Shown here: in pieces, positions 26,856 through 36,939 of the stretch | How the letters are laid out: each line of letters starts with the position of its first letter | Numbering within the stretch: the stretch's first letter is position 1 | Assembly (NCBI GenBank): GCA_040377305.1 | Contig: JBEIPA010000025.1 | Location: 1 to 64,000 of the forward strand | Direction of reading: 5' to 3' | DNA: 64,000 nt | Source of the DNA: Flavobacteriales bacterium | Lineage (GTDB): Bacteria; Bacteroidota; Bacteroidia; Palsa-965 | Program-made: the position numbers and the translations under genes | Notes under the pieces: model-generated | What the model was told of the DNA's origin: nothing | Seen by the model: the letters and a program-made list of their open reading frames with translations, nothing else | Databases searched by the model: none

Positions 26856-28472
26856 ATGTCTCTCCCCGACTTCCTCGTAATTGGTTCCGGCTGCACGGGT
26901 GCAATTGCTGCGCAGACTTTGGCAGAAGCGGGACACACTGTGCTCATCATCGACGGCGGACAAACCGATCGTGGAGCTGCAGACAAAATTCCGAAAGACA
27001 ATTTCATTTCTCTTCGCAAGAACGACGATTCTCAGGACAACTATTTTCTTGGAGAACATTTTGAAAGCATTCCGGAAGGGAAAACTTCATCCGGCGCACA
27101 GTTAACACCAGCACGAACTTTTCTCACGCGGGAAACGGAAAAATACCTCCCGCTCATCTCCGAACAGTTTGCAGCAATCGAAAGTCTTGCAGTCGGCGGA
27201 CTCGGTGGTGGCTGGGGATTGGGTTGCTGCGTTTTCTCCAATGAAGAATTGCGATTGTGCGGACTCGATGCGGATAAAATGAAATCGGCGTATCAGGTTG
27301 TTGCCGACAGAATGGGCTTGAGCGGAACGAAGGATGACGCAACTCCGTATACTTCTTCCCACATCAGCGGAATGCAACCCGCGTTTGATCTCGACAAGCC
27401 CGCAGCACGATTGAAGTACAACTACGACAGAAATAAATCTTCGTTGAATGAGAATGATTTCTTTCTTGGTCGTCCGGCGCTGGCATTACTTACGCAGGAT
27501 CGTGGAGAGCGCAAAGGCTTGAATCGTCGCGATATGGATTTTTACGACGACTACGGAAATTCTGCATGGCGCGCGTGGATGCTGATCAACGAGCTGAAGA
27601 AAAAACCAAACGTTCAGCACGAATCAGGATGGCTCGCTACTGATTTTCGCGAAAACGAAAACGAAGTTGTGGTGAATGCACTTCAGATTGGCACCAATGA
27701 GAAAAAAGAATTTCGTGCGAGAAAATTAATTCTTGCTGCGGGTCCGCTTGGAACTGCGCGTCTGGTTTTGCGCTCACTTCCAGGAGGCGATAAAACGAAA
27801 TTGCCATTCATCTGTAATCCGTACAACTATACGCCTCTGCTCCTGCCGAAATTATTAGGAAGTGAGATCAGCGAAAATCACATCGGTCTTGCCCAGCTTT
27901 CTCTTTTTCACGATGAAGGAAAAAAAGGCGACAACATTGCAATGGCATCTTTGTATTCGTATCACGCGTTGATGTTATTCCGTTTATTGCGGGAGACTCC
28001 ATTGAATTTCCGCGATGGTAGAATGGCCATGCGCTATCTGCTGCCGGCAATCATGATCGCTGGAATACATCATCCTGAAACACGCGGTGAACATCAATTT
28101 GTTTCTCTGGAGAAAAACACAGATTCTCCAACCGGTGATCAGTTGCATGTTGACTACAGAATATCGGATGAGAAAATTGCACGTGTGAATGAACGTGAGA
28201 AAAAATATCGCAGTGCGTTGAAGAAACTCGGAGCTTATGCACTGAAACAAGTTCGTCCTGCGATTGGAGCGAGTGTGCATTATGCAGGTGCTCTTCCGTT
28301 TTCCGATCAGCCTTCCCAATTTGCCCTGGCATCTGATGGACGCTTACACAATCACGCACGCACGTACGTAGCAGATGGAAGCGGGTTCAATTTTCTGCCC
28401 GCGAAAGGACTCACGTTGTCGCTTATGGCCAATGCACATCTTGTTGCAACAGCCGCGTCGGCGAACGCGTAG
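26856..28472 (+). CDS. GMC-family FAD-dependent oxidoreductase
   Basis: 'VIGSGCTG', 'GGLGGGWG', 'ILAAG...T', C-terminal 'HYAG' and 'YVADGS'. Confidence 0.8.
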   Translation: MSLPDFLVIGSGCTGAIAAQTLAEAGHTVLIIDGGQTDRGAADKIPKDNFISLRKNDDSQDNYFLGEHFESIPEGKTSSGAQLTPARTFLTRETEKYLPLISEQFAAIESLAVGGLGGGWGLGCCVFSNEELRLCGLDADKMKSAYQVVADRMGLSGTKDDATPYTSSHISGMQPAFDLDKPAARLKYNYDRNKSSLNENDFFLGRPALALLTQDRGERKGLNRRDMDFYDDYGNSAWRAWMLINELKKKPNVQHESGWLATDFRENENEVVVNALQIGTNEKKEFRARKLILAAGPLGTARLVLRSLPGGDKTKLPFICNPYNYTPLLLPKLLGSEISENHIGLAQLSLFHDEGKKGDNIAMASLYSYHALMLFRLLRETPLNFRDGRMAMRYLLPAIMIAGIHHPETRGEHQFVSLEKNTDSPTGDQLHVDYRISDEKIARVNEREKKYRSALKKLGAYALKQVRPAIGASVHYAGALPFSDQPSQFALASDGRLHNHARTYVADGSGFNFLPAKGLTLSLMANAHLVATAASANA

Positions 28473-28617
28473 TCTCTCCACCGCGGCAGACCAGACGCAA
28501 TATGGTGCGTGTATTCCCCATTATTTATTCCGGAGGTGGCGTTGATCGCTGATATTCAAACTAAACTGTTCCGGCACTACGATTGCATGAACCAGAGAAA
28601 CAAAAAAACTGAATCTC

Positions 28618-28833
28618 ATGCGAGCGTTAGGAATTGTACTGGTTGCAGCTGGAATTATTATGATGGTAATTACCGGAATCAATATTGTAACTGAAGAAAA
28701 GGTGGTGGATTTTGGTAAAGTTGAAATCACGAAAGAGCAAAATAATCCCGTGAGTTGGTCGCCAATTATTGGAGCAGTTTTGTTGGTAGGTGGCGTAATT
28801 GTACTGCTCACAGGCAACAAGAAAGTGGCTTAA
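28618..28833 (+). CDS. Small two-TM membrane protein
   Basis: TM - 'EEKVVDFGKVEI' - 'WSPIIG' - TM. Confidence 0.8.
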   Translation: MRALGIVLVAAGIIMMVITGINIVTEEKVVDFGKVEITKEQNNPVSWSPIIGAVLLVGGVIVLLTGNKKVA

Positions 28834-28873
28834 TTCAAGGGTAAAATGGCTCTATGGAGTCATTTTTTAGACT

Positions 28874-28895
28874 ATTATATGTATATACATATAAT
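28874..28895. promoter_or_regulatory. Perfect 22-bp palindromic operator
   Basis: ATTATATGTATATACATATAAT directly upstream of the -7 box TACCTTTG (28899-28906). Confidence 0.7.
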
Positions 28896-28910
28896 GACTA
28901 CCTTTGTGTT

Positions 28911-29786
28911 GTGGAAAGACGTAAAGCACTTAAATTGCTTCTTGGAGGAGCCGCCGCATCACTAGCCATGACACTATCCGATCTGAAAACATTTTCGGAC
29001 GAATTGCCGCAAGACGAAAAGCAACCCGTGTTGTTTCTTGGTCACGGAAGTCCGATGAACGCAATTGAAAATAATGTGTTCACTCAATCACTCACGGCAT
29101 TAGGTCTTCGTCTGCCGAAACCAAAAGCTGTGTTGGTTGTCTCGGCGCATTGGCTTACACGCGGCACATTTGTCTCTACCGCGGTGCAACCCGCAACGAT
29201 TTACGATTTTGGCGGATTTCCACCCGAGCTCTCTCAGGTGAAGTATCCTGCACCTGGAGCTCCGGAGCAAGCGAAACTTGTGGCGAACACCATTACCACA
29301 ACGCACATTGAAGAAGATCCGTCAATGGGATTAGATCACGGTGCGTGGAGTGTAATACGTCACATGTGGCCCGATGCAAGCATTCCGATTTTTCAATTGA
29401 GCATAGACTTTTTCAAAGGTCCGCAATGGCATTACGATCTTGCACAAGAACTGAAACAATTGCGCAAGAAAGGAATCATGATTATCACCAGCGGAAACAT
29501 CACCCATAATCTTGGCAATGTAGTTTGGGATAACCGGGATGCAAGCGCTGTGGATTGGGCAATCGAGTTTGATGAAGCGATCAAGAAAAATATTGTCGAC
29601 CACAATCACGCAGCAATAATCGATTACACCAAACTAAGTTCTGCGCAAATGGCAGTACCGAGCAATGATCACTATTTGCCGTTGCTGTACACGTTAGGTG
29701 CAACTGACAAAAACGAAACGTTCGCGTGGACCTACGAAGGGTTTCAGTATGGAACGATTTCAATGCGCGGTGTGCAGTTCGGGTAA
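28911..29786 (+). CDS. ygiD: 4,5-DOPA extradiol dioxygenase (LigB family)
   Basis: 'FLGHGSPMN', 'SAHW', 'IYDFGGFP', 'GLDHGAW', 'SGNITHNL' and 'DHYLPL'; GTG start at 28911. Confidence 0.9.
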   Translation: MERRKALKLLLGGAAASLAMTLSDLKTFSDELPQDEKQPVLFLGHGSPMNAIENNVFTQSLTALGLRLPKPKAVLVVSAHWLTRGTFVSTAVQPATIYDFGGFPPELSQVKYPAPGAPEQAKLVANTITTTHIEEDPSMGLDHGAWSVIRHMWPDASIPIFQLSIDFFKGPQWHYDLAQELKQLRKKGIMIITSGNITHNLGNVVWDNRDASAVDWAIEFDEAIKKNIVDHNHAAIIDYTKLSSAQMAVPSNDHYLPLLYTLGATDKNETFAWTYEGFQYGTISMRGVQFG

Positions 29787-29793
29787 AATAAGT

Positions 29794-29880
29794 TGCAGTC
29801 GCAGGAGGCAGTGGCAGTCAGTAAGCAGTGATAGCCAGTTAACGACAACCGGATACTGACTGCAACTGCCACTGCCACTG
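29794..29880. repeat. Inverted pair of GGCAGT/ACTGCC hexamer arrays
   Basis: GGCAGTGGCAGTCAGTA (29807-29823) versus TACTGACTGCAACTGCC (29854-29870), 16 of 17 complementary. Confidence 0.8.
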
Positions 29881-29901
29881 AATTACTTTATCTTCACGTT
29901 C

Positions 29902-30771
29902 GTGAACAGGATAATAGCCATCACCGGAGCTACCGGCTTTTTGGGAAACGAACTAGTCCATTACTTTCTCTCGACAGGAGATAAAGTGATTGCGATGGTG
30001 CGTGCCATACCAAACGCGAAAGTACCTGGCGTGAAGTATGTGTTGTTCGATCTCACCAGCGGAAAATGTTCAGAACCGAAACTCGAAGCCGATGTGTTGA
30101 TTCATACCGCTTACGTTGCTGTAACGGATAGCAAAACGCCGCTCGATGACAATATTTCGGGTGCTAAATCCCTGCTGAAACTTTTTCCTGCGAGTACGAA
30201 AAAGATTTTCATCTCCAGTGTTTCGGCCGACCAGAATTCCCCGGCGGTGTACGGACAACAAAAAGCGGCTGTAGAGAACTTCTTTCTCGAAAACGATGGC
30301 ACCGCTGTTCGTCCCGGCTTAATTCTCGGTAACGGAGGAATGTTTGCCAACATGCGCGACTATTTGAAGAAGAAAAGAAATATTCCGGTTTTCAACGGAG
30401 GAACGCAGCCACTACAAACCGTTTTTGTGAATGATCTTGTAGTCGCGATTGAAAAACTCGTGAGCAACAACATGCGTGGTGTGTTTACATTCTGCGAACA
30501 TGATCCTGTTCACTACAAAGAATTCTACCAGGAACTTTGCAGGCAACTGAATGTCAAACCGCGATTTATCAGCATTCCGTTTTGGGTTGCCGGTTGTATG
30601 GTTTCCTGCGCGAACGCCGTTGGAATTACTTTACCGATCAATCACGACAATCTGCAAGGACTGAAACTTATGAAGGCGCATCCTTCGAAACAAGATGCAG
30701 CATCTATTGGTGTACAACCCGGAAGTTACAAGGAGAATTTAGAGCGTGCGATTAAAATTGGTTCCAAATGA
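29902..30771 (+). CDS. NAD-dependent epimerase/dehydratase family (atypical SDR)
   Basis: 'TGATGFLG', YGQQK and 'VRPGLILG'. Confidence 0.85.
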   Translation: MNRIIAITGATGFLGNELVHYFLSTGDKVIAMVRAIPNAKVPGVKYVLFDLTSGKCSEPKLEADVLIHTAYVAVTDSKTPLDDNISGAKSLLKLFPASTKKIFISSVSADQNSPAVYGQQKAAVENFFLENDGTAVRPGLILGNGGMFANMRDYLKKKRNIPVFNGGTQPLQTVFVNDLVVAIEKLVSNNMRGVFTFCEHDPVHYKEFYQELCRQLNVKPRFISIPFWVAGCMVSCANAVGITLPINHDNLQGLKLMKAHPSKQDAASIGVQPGSYKENLERAIKIGSK

Positions 30772-31485
30772 ACCAGCACCGTCTCTCAGTTGCATTAAAG
30801 GTTTCAATTCTTCTTCGGTAAGTTCTCTCCACGCTCCGGCTTTAAGCGCACCAAGATTCAAATGCATAATGCGTGTGCGAACGAGCTTGTGAACCGAGAA
30901 TCCGAGATTGTAACTCATTCTGCGAATCTGCTTGTTCATCCCCTGCTTAAGTATAATTCGAAACGCCTGTGGATTTTTTTCATCCGGAAAAACTTCGCAA
31001 GGATCTGTCACGGTGTTGAGAATCTTCACGCCTCTTTTCATCTGCTGCACAAACTCATCTGTAATCGGTTTGTGAACTTCCACGTAATATTCTTTCTCCT
31101 TCTTGCTGTCGGCGTGGGCGATCTCGTGATACAAATCACCGTCATTGATCATGAGTAACAAGCCTTCAGAATCCTTGTCCAGTCGTCCAACGGGAAATAA
31201 ACGCAAACGAAATCTGAAAACCGTTAGCAAGTTGTCTGCGATTCCCTCATTCATCGTACACTCTATGCCACGTGGTTTATGAAACAGAATGTAAGCAAGC
31301 TCAATTCGGGTTGGAATTTCTTCCCCGTCAAGAGTGACAATATCGCCTTCAACGATTAAACGCGTTGTTGTTGGCACAGCACCATTCACCCGAACGCGAT
31401 CTGCGCGAATAATCTCACCGGCTTCCAGCAGATTAATTCCGCAGTGTTCACCAATTACAACCCGGAGTCTTCGTGGTTTCATCAC
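30739..31485 (-). CDS. rluF: RsuA-family pseudouridine synthase (RluF-like)
   Basis: S4-like N-terminus, 'VGRLDKDSEGL', 'EKEY.V' and 'QGMNKQIRRM'. Confidence 0.75.
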   Translation of the reverse strand: MMKPRRLRVVIGEHCGINLLEAGEIIRADRVRVNGAVPTTTRLIVEGDIVTLDGEEIPTRIELAYILFHKPRGIECTMNEGIADNLLTVFRFRLRLFPVGRLDKDSEGLLLMINDGDLYHEIAHADSKKEKEYYVEVHKPITDEFVQQMKRGVKILNTVTDPCEVFPDEKNPQAFRIILKQGMNKQIRRMSYNLGFSVHKLVRTRIMHLNLGALKAGAWRELTEEELKPLMQLRDGAGSFGTNFNRTL

Positions 31486-32804
31486 AATTGAATCTGCCAG
31501 AGCTGCTTTCCTGTAGACATATCAATGCAGATCATCTGTAGTTGTGCAATCATCACGAATTTTCCATCGTGAATATCTGCCCAGCGATAACCGAACTCCG
31601 GATCGCCTTCATCGAATACTCCCGCTCCTTCTGCTTTGTCTGGATCGTAGTAGAAGGAAGTAAGATCCAGGTGCCAGCGCTCTACGAATTTTTTCGGCTG
31701 AGTCATATCAACACAAGTGATGATCGCACGTGCAGTGTCTGAAACAGAACTGGCTGAATAAATGAGGCTGCTGTATTTCTTGTCGCTCAACGCGTATTCG
31801 TTGTGGTCATCGAAATCGTCAGTGAGTTCCTTAAGGTCGTACTCGATCTGTTCAAGATCACGCTTCATGGCGGAGAATTCGTTTCGCAGTTCGCGCTCTT
31901 CACTGGTCATTTTCGACCACGATGCGTATTCGTCGGCAAAAACCGGATGTTCTGCAATCAATTTATCAATCACCGCTTTCGCTGAATCGCGTTTTGCAGT
32001 CAAGGCAGAAATTCTCTCCTGTTCACCTTTGTACAGGTTCGCTTCGTTGAGATCGATGAATACTTCAGGCTTCAGAAAAGGAAGATCGGCCGTTGTGTCT
32101 TCGTATTTCCATTGAAGCTTTTTACGGTCTCCATCTCCGGTAAATGAAATGTAGTCGTCTGCATTGAAGTAGGCATTGGAATTCAGATAATCGGAACTCC
32201 AATCATCGTCCGGCATTTCTTCTTCGGTTTCCACAATGGTATTTTTCTCTGTATCGAGATAATACAACTTGCCTTGCATGTCGGTGAGCACAATCATTTC
32301 GTTTGCCACTTCGAAATTGTAGTAATCCAGAATGCGCGACCACTCCGGACGAGAGAAACTGAAACTTGCTAACGCTGTCAATTCACTTTCCTTCTTTACT
32401 ACTTCCATCGTTTTCGGATCCCGATAATGCAATCCAAGTTCCGTATCCACACTGTAACACCAAACCTGATCATTCACCACACCGAGAATGCTCATTCCCT
32501 CATCAATCTGCTCGCCGGTTTCCACACGACCTAACATGGCACCTGTTGCCAGATCATAAGAAGTGAGACGACATTCGTTGTACCCTGAAATGCGCGTCAT
32601 TCCTCCTCCACTCGACTTCGATGTTGCCTGGAAAATCAATTCCTGTGTAATGATGTACGAACCGTTTTTACCGGTGTAAATGAACGATTGTGAAACGTCG
32701 TCGGCAGCGTCGTTCATAACGTCCTTGTGAAAACAAGAAGACAATGCGCAAAACACAATCACCAATGCGCAATACGCAGTAAACCTGATTAATCGATTTT
32801 CCAT
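31482..32804 (-). CDS. Lipoprotein, PA2928-like, with a coiled-coil insertion
   Basis: Lipobox LSSC; propeller-like 'SYDLATG' and 'DMSTGKQLW'; helical heptad segment at aa ~270-340. Confidence 0.6.
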   Translation of the reverse strand: MENRLIRFTAYCALVIVFCALSSCFHKDVMNDAADDVSQSFIYTGKNGSYIITQELIFQATSKSSGGGMTRISGYNECRLTSYDLATGAMLGRVETGEQIDEGMSILGVVNDQVWCYSVDTELGLHYRDPKTMEVVKKESELTALASFSFSRPEWSRILDYYNFEVANEMIVLTDMQGKLYYLDTEKNTIVETEEEMPDDDWSSDYLNSNAYFNADDYISFTGDGDRKKLQWKYEDTTADLPFLKPEVFIDLNEANLYKGEQERISALTAKRDSAKAVIDKLIAEHPVFADEYASWSKMTSEERELRNEFSAMKRDLEQIEYDLKELTDDFDDHNEYALSDKKYSSLIYSASSVSDTARAIITCVDMTQPKKFVERWHLDLTSFYYDPDKAEGAGVFDEGDPEFGYRWADIHDGKFVMIAQLQMICIDMSTGKQLWQIQL

Positions 32805-32840
32805 TCTTGCTAGTTTACAACTGTTCAACAATCTTTTTAC

Positions 32841-32870
32841 TGCGCATTGCGCATTGAATATTGCGCATTG
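32841..32870 (+). repeat. TGCGCAT heptamer array
   Basis: TGCGCAT TGCGCAT TGAATAT TGCGCAT abutting the dtd stop codon. Confidence 0.7.
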
Positions 32871-33323
32871 TTATTCGCGGTTACGCGAGTCCACCCAAAT
32901 CGTCACCGGTCCATCATTCACCAAGGACACTTTCATATCCGCACCAAACACACCGGTACCGATTGACCTCCCGAGTTCCTTCTCCAGCGCTTTCACAAAC
33001 GATTCGTACACCGGAATTGCAACATCCGGTTTCGCTGCTTTGATATACGAAGGGCGATTTCCTTTTTTTGTCGCAGCATGCAAAGTGAATTGACTCACCG
33101 CAATGATATCACCGCTGCAGTCTTTCACAGAAACATTCATTACGCCTTCTTCATCGGGAAAAATCCGCAGGTTCGTAATTTTCTGAGTGAGCCACTCGAT
33201 GTCTTCGTGGTTGTCTGCTTCCTCAATTCCAACGAGCACGAGTAATCCATTTCCCATTGAACAACGAACAGCTCCTTCGATGGTTACGGATGCAGATGAA
33301 ACACGCTGTATGAGTACACGCAT
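32871..33323 (-). CDS. dtd: D-aminoacyl-tRNA deacylase
   Basis: 'MRVLIQRV', 'SQFTL' and 'NDGPVT'. Confidence 0.97.
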   Translation of the reverse strand: MRVLIQRVSSASVTIEGAVRCSMGNGLLVLVGIEEADNHEDIEWLTQKITNLRIFPDEEGVMNVSVKDCSGDIIAVSQFTLHAATKKGNRPSYIKAAKPDVAIPVYESFVKALEKELGRSIGTGVFGADMKVSLVNDGPVTIWVDSRNRE

Positions 33324-33326
33324 CGT

Positions 33327-34259
33327 CTAGTATTCTTTTTGCAGTTCTTCACCATTCAGAATCTGCAGATAACGTTCGTATCTCGTCAGTGCAATTTTAC
33401 TGTTCTCCACAGCTGCGATCACCGCACAACCCGGTTCTCTATCGTGCATGCAACCGTTGTATTTGCATTTGCCCATCAGGTCACGCATCTCCGGAAAAAA
33501 ATGGGACAGCTCTTCACGTTCTATGTTCACAATTCCGAGTTCTTTGATTCCCGGCGTGTCAATGATCCAACCTCCATTCTTCAATTGAAACATTTCCGCG
33601 AATGTAGTCGTGTGCATTCCTTTACTGTGCGCTTTGGAAATAATACCGGTCTTTAGATTCAGATCAGGTTGCATCGCATTAATCAAAGTACTCTTGCCTA
33701 CACCCGAGTGTCCCGAAATTAAATTGACTTTTCCTGCGAATTCCTTCTGCAATGCTTCCACATCTGCCTCATCATTTGAATTGATCAGCCAGCAAGTGTA
33801 ACCCAGATTACGATACAAATCCATAAGCGCATGCACGTATTCTGTTTCCTCTTCGTCGAGTAAATCGCTCTTATTAAAAATAATTGATGCAGGAATTGAA
33901 TACGCTTCAGCAGTGACTAAGAAACGGTCAATAAATCCTGTCGAAGTTCGGGGCTGAATCAACGTTGCCATTACCCACGCGCGATCAAGATTTGCTGCTA
34001 GAATATGTGTCTGCTTAGAAAGTTTCGTGCTTCGACGAATGATGTAGTTCTTCCGGTCGTGCAAAAATGAAATCACAGAATCATTATTCACATCCTTGTC
34101 CACATTCACATGATCGCCCACCGCAATCGGATTCGTGTTTTTGGTATTGGTACCATTCACCCGAAATGCTCCCTTCAGGCGCGCCTCAACCCGGGTTCCG
34201 TCTTCAAACGCAACCGTGTACCAACTTCCCGTAGAACGAATGACGATCCCTTTTTTCAC
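33327..34259 (-). CDS. rsgA: Ribosome small subunit-dependent GTPase A
   Basis: Circularly permuted GTPase (NKSD, GHSGVGKS, DTPG) with a C-terminal CxxxxCxHxxxxxC zinc site. Confidence 0.97.
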   Translation of the reverse strand: MKKGIVIRSTGSWYTVAFEDGTRVEARLKGAFRVNGTNTKNTNPIAVGDHVNVDKDVNNDSVISFLHDRKNYIIRRSTKLSKQTHILAANLDRAWVMATLIQPRTSTGFIDRFLVTAEAYSIPASIIFNKSDLLDEEETEYVHALMDLYRNLGYTCWLINSNDEADVEALQKEFAGKVNLISGHSGVGKSTLINAMQPDLNLKTGIISKAHSKGMHTTTFAEMFQLKNGGWIIDTPGIKELGIVNIEREELSHFFPEMRDLMGKCKYNGCMHDREPGCAVIAAVENSKIALTRYERYLQILNGEELQKEY

Positions 34260-34312
34260 ACCGTAAAAGTAGTGAGTAAACCAGTATTTATTACCTTGCC
34301 CTACCCTACAAC

Positions 34313-35659
34313 ATGAAGCGCATTCACAAATGGTTCATTGGCGAATATCTCGCAAAGACAGAAGATGTCTTTGAACGCTCGCGTATTGAGCTGCTTTACT
34401 ACTATTCGCTGAGCTTTATTCTTCTGGGTGGTCTGTTTTACGTCCAACTCATTGCCGAACACCTTACCTACCACGTTTATCTCATCTCTTTCGCATGTGT
34501 AGCGCTGGTCTCCATTCCGTTTATTCTGAAATACGCTGAAAGTATTCGGCTTGCATCGTGGTGGTACGTTACACAACAATTCATTGTTGCTGGCGGTAGT
34601 GTTTATCTGCAGGGTGGAGCGATGAATGCCATGAGTGCCTATTGGACGGTGTTGTTTATTCTCTGCGTACTTTTTCTTTTTGGTGTGAAATGGGGTCTCA
34701 TAATTACCATTGTCAATGGAATATTTTTAGGCGTGTTAGGAGTTTTTGTGATGGCTGAAGGCCAGGACGTAATACAGATGATTCCGGATGAGCCACGGTA
34801 CACAACCATTCCGCTCCTGCTTAACATCTGTGTCGCTATTATGTTCGTTAAATTCCGCGGTGACGCCGGAAAACAGATTAGTCTGCAGAAGCTTGAACTC
34901 GAGGTGAAGAATAAGGAAGTAAAGGACAGTATTGCTTATGCCGAACGCATTCAGAAAGCAATTCTTCCTTCTCAGCGTACGGTGGAATACACATTGCCGG
35001 GATCGTACGTTGTGTATCTACCGAAAGATATTGTAAGCGGAGATTTCTACTGGGTGGAGAAGAAAAACAATCTCTCTTTCTTCGCCGTTGCCGATTGTAC
35101 CGGACACGGTGTTCCCGGGGCAATGATGAGTGTAATTTGCAACAACGCACTCAATCGTGTACTCAACGAATTCAGACTTACACGTCCTTCCGAAATTCTC
35201 GACAAACTCAATCTTCTGGTTGAAGAAGCATTCTCCAAGAGCGGTGCCGACATCCGCGACGGAATGGACATTGCCTTGTGCTCCGTTGATTTCGATACGC
35301 GGATCGTAGAGTATTCAGGTGCGAACAATTCACTCTACTATTTCGCGGAAGGTGAAATCAAAGAAGTAAAATCAGATCGGCAGCCCATCGGACGATTTGA
35401 ATCGAAAGTGCCATTCAAAAACCACACGCTGAAATTAAATCCGGGCGATACGGTTTATCTCTTCACCGATGGAATTGCTGATCAGTTCGGCGGACCACAA
35501 GGCAAGAAGTTCAAGTACAAACGTGTGAAGGATATTCTCCTTGCCAATGCGGGTACGAATGTGAATATTCAGAAGAATGCTCTGCTGGATGGATTCCGCA
35601 CATGGAAAGGCAATCTGGAACAAGTAGACGACGTTTGCCTGATGGGCGTACGACTTTAG
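34313..35659 (+). CDS. Membrane-bound SpoIIE/RsbU-type PP2C phosphatase
   Basis: 5-6 TM helices, 'YA.RIQ', 'VSGDFYW', 'DCTGHGVPGA', 'TDG..DQFGG' and 'DDV'. Confidence 0.9.
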   Translation: MKRIHKWFIGEYLAKTEDVFERSRIELLYYYSLSFILLGGLFYVQLIAEHLTYHVYLISFACVALVSIPFILKYAESIRLASWWYVTQQFIVAGGSVYLQGGAMNAMSAYWTVLFILCVLFLFGVKWGLIITIVNGIFLGVLGVFVMAEGQDVIQMIPDEPRYTTIPLLLNICVAIMFVKFRGDAGKQISLQKLELEVKNKEVKDSIAYAERIQKAILPSQRTVEYTLPGSYVVYLPKDIVSGDFYWVEKKNNLSFFAVADCTGHGVPGAMMSVICNNALNRVLNEFRLTRPSEILDKLNLLVEEAFSKSGADIRDGMDIALCSVDFDTRIVEYSGANNSLYYFAEGEIKEVKSDRQPIGRFESKVPFKNHTLKLNPGDTVYLFTDGIADQFGGPQGKKFKYKRVKDILLANAGTNVNIQKNALLDGFRTWKGNLEQVDDVCLMGVRL

Positions 35660-35667
35660 ACAACACG

Positions 35668-35852
35668 GGTACGTCATCGCGAGGAGGCACGATGAAGCGA
35701 TCCCCCGAGGCGGAAACGTGGCGTCACAAATCAAGAGCGTTCAATTGAGCGGTGTTGGCACCAAAACGGTTAGCTTCTTTCCTCGATCAACTTTTGTGTC
35801 ACTCTATACTCGTCACGCGGGATTGCTTCGCAGGCTCGCAATGACGGTACCG
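35668..35852. repeat. REP-like inverted doublet (GTCATYGCGAG...GAAGCRATC / GATTGCTTC...CTCGCAATGAC)
   Basis: Arms at about 35668-35705 and 35819-35852 are mutually complementary around a ~110-bp spacer. Confidence 0.8.
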
Positions 35853-35932
35853 TTTTGCACGTTGTCGCACAGAAGCATGAACTTTTAACAAACGAATGCG
35901 TAATTTAGTCGCAATCAATTCGTTTTAACAAC

Positions 35933-36844
35933 GTGTCTATCAGCGTCGATTATATCAGCAAAGTTTACGGTGTGCAACGCGCACTCGATAACGTTTCTTT
36001 CGAAGTGAAAGAGGGAGAAATTGTGGGCTTCCTTGGGCCAAACGGTGCAGGAAAATCTACAATGATGAAGATCCTCACCTGCTTCATTCCACCAACGGCT
36101 GGGAAAGCCATGGTGAACGGATACGACGTGATGGAACAATCCATTGAAGTTCGCAAGAGTGTTGGATATCTCCCGGAACACAATCCGTTGTATCTCGACA
36201 TGTATGTGCGGGAATATCTGGAATTCATTGGCGGCTTGCACAAAATCGGGAACCTCAAAGGTCGCGTTGCCGAAATGATTGAAACTACCGGGCTCACGCT
36301 CGAACAGCATAAACAAATTGGTGCGCTTTCGAAAGGATACCGTCAGCGTGTTGGACTTGCACAGGCACTCATTCACGATCCGAAAGTTTTAATTCTTGAT
36401 GAGCCAACCACCGGACTCGATCCGAATCAGCTTGCAGAAATACGTGAACTGATCAAACGTGTCGGAAAAGAAAAAACGGTGATGTTGTCCACACACATCA
36501 TGCAGGAAGTTGAAATTCTGTGCGATCGTGTAATCATCATTGACCACGGACGGATTGTGACCGACGAGCAAACGGAAACCCTTCAGCAGGGCGATCAGAA
36601 CCGCATTGTGATTCTCGTAGAGTTCGATAAAGAAATCAGCCGCGAGAAAATTATGTCGATTGCCCTCGTGGAAGGAGTTGATAATACCGGTGGTAATACC
36701 TGGCAAATCGTTACGAAGCCTGATGTAGATGCACGTCCGGAGATTTTCAAATTCGCTGTGTCAAACAACCTTTCCGTTTTGGGCATGCAACGTGAAGAAA
36801 GAAAACTGGAAGATGTTTTCAAGGCGATGACCAGGAAGAAATAG
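35933..36844 (+). CDS. gldA: Gliding motility ABC transporter ATP-binding subunit
   Basis: GPNGAGKST, 'GYLPEHNPLY', 'LSKGYRQRVG' and 'DEPTTGLDPNQ'. Confidence 0.92.
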   Translation: MSISVDYISKVYGVQRALDNVSFEVKEGEIVGFLGPNGAGKSTMMKILTCFIPPTAGKAMVNGYDVMEQSIEVRKSVGYLPEHNPLYLDMYVREYLEFIGGLHKIGNLKGRVAEMIETTGLTLEQHKQIGALSKGYRQRVGLAQALIHDPKVLILDEPTTGLDPNQLAEIRELIKRVGKEKTVMLSTHIMQEVEILCDRVIIIDHGRIVTDEQTETLQQGDQNRIVILVEFDKEISREKIMSIALVEGVDNTGGNTWQIVTKPDVDARPEIFKFAVSNNLSVLGMQREERKLEDVFKAMTRKK

Positions 36845-36845
36845 T

Positions 36846-36936
36846 CAGTGCGCAGTAATCAGTGCGCAGTGCTCAGTCCATGTGAAACTTTTCTGTTACA
36901 TCAACTGCGAACTGCGAACTGAATTACTGCGCACTG
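36846..36936. repeat. Inverted pair of CAGTGCG-type heptamer arrays between convergent genes
   Basis: CAGTGCGCAGTAAT (36846-36859) is the exact reverse complement of ATTACTGCGCACTG (36923-36936). Confidence 0.85.
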
Positions 36937-36939
36937 GTG

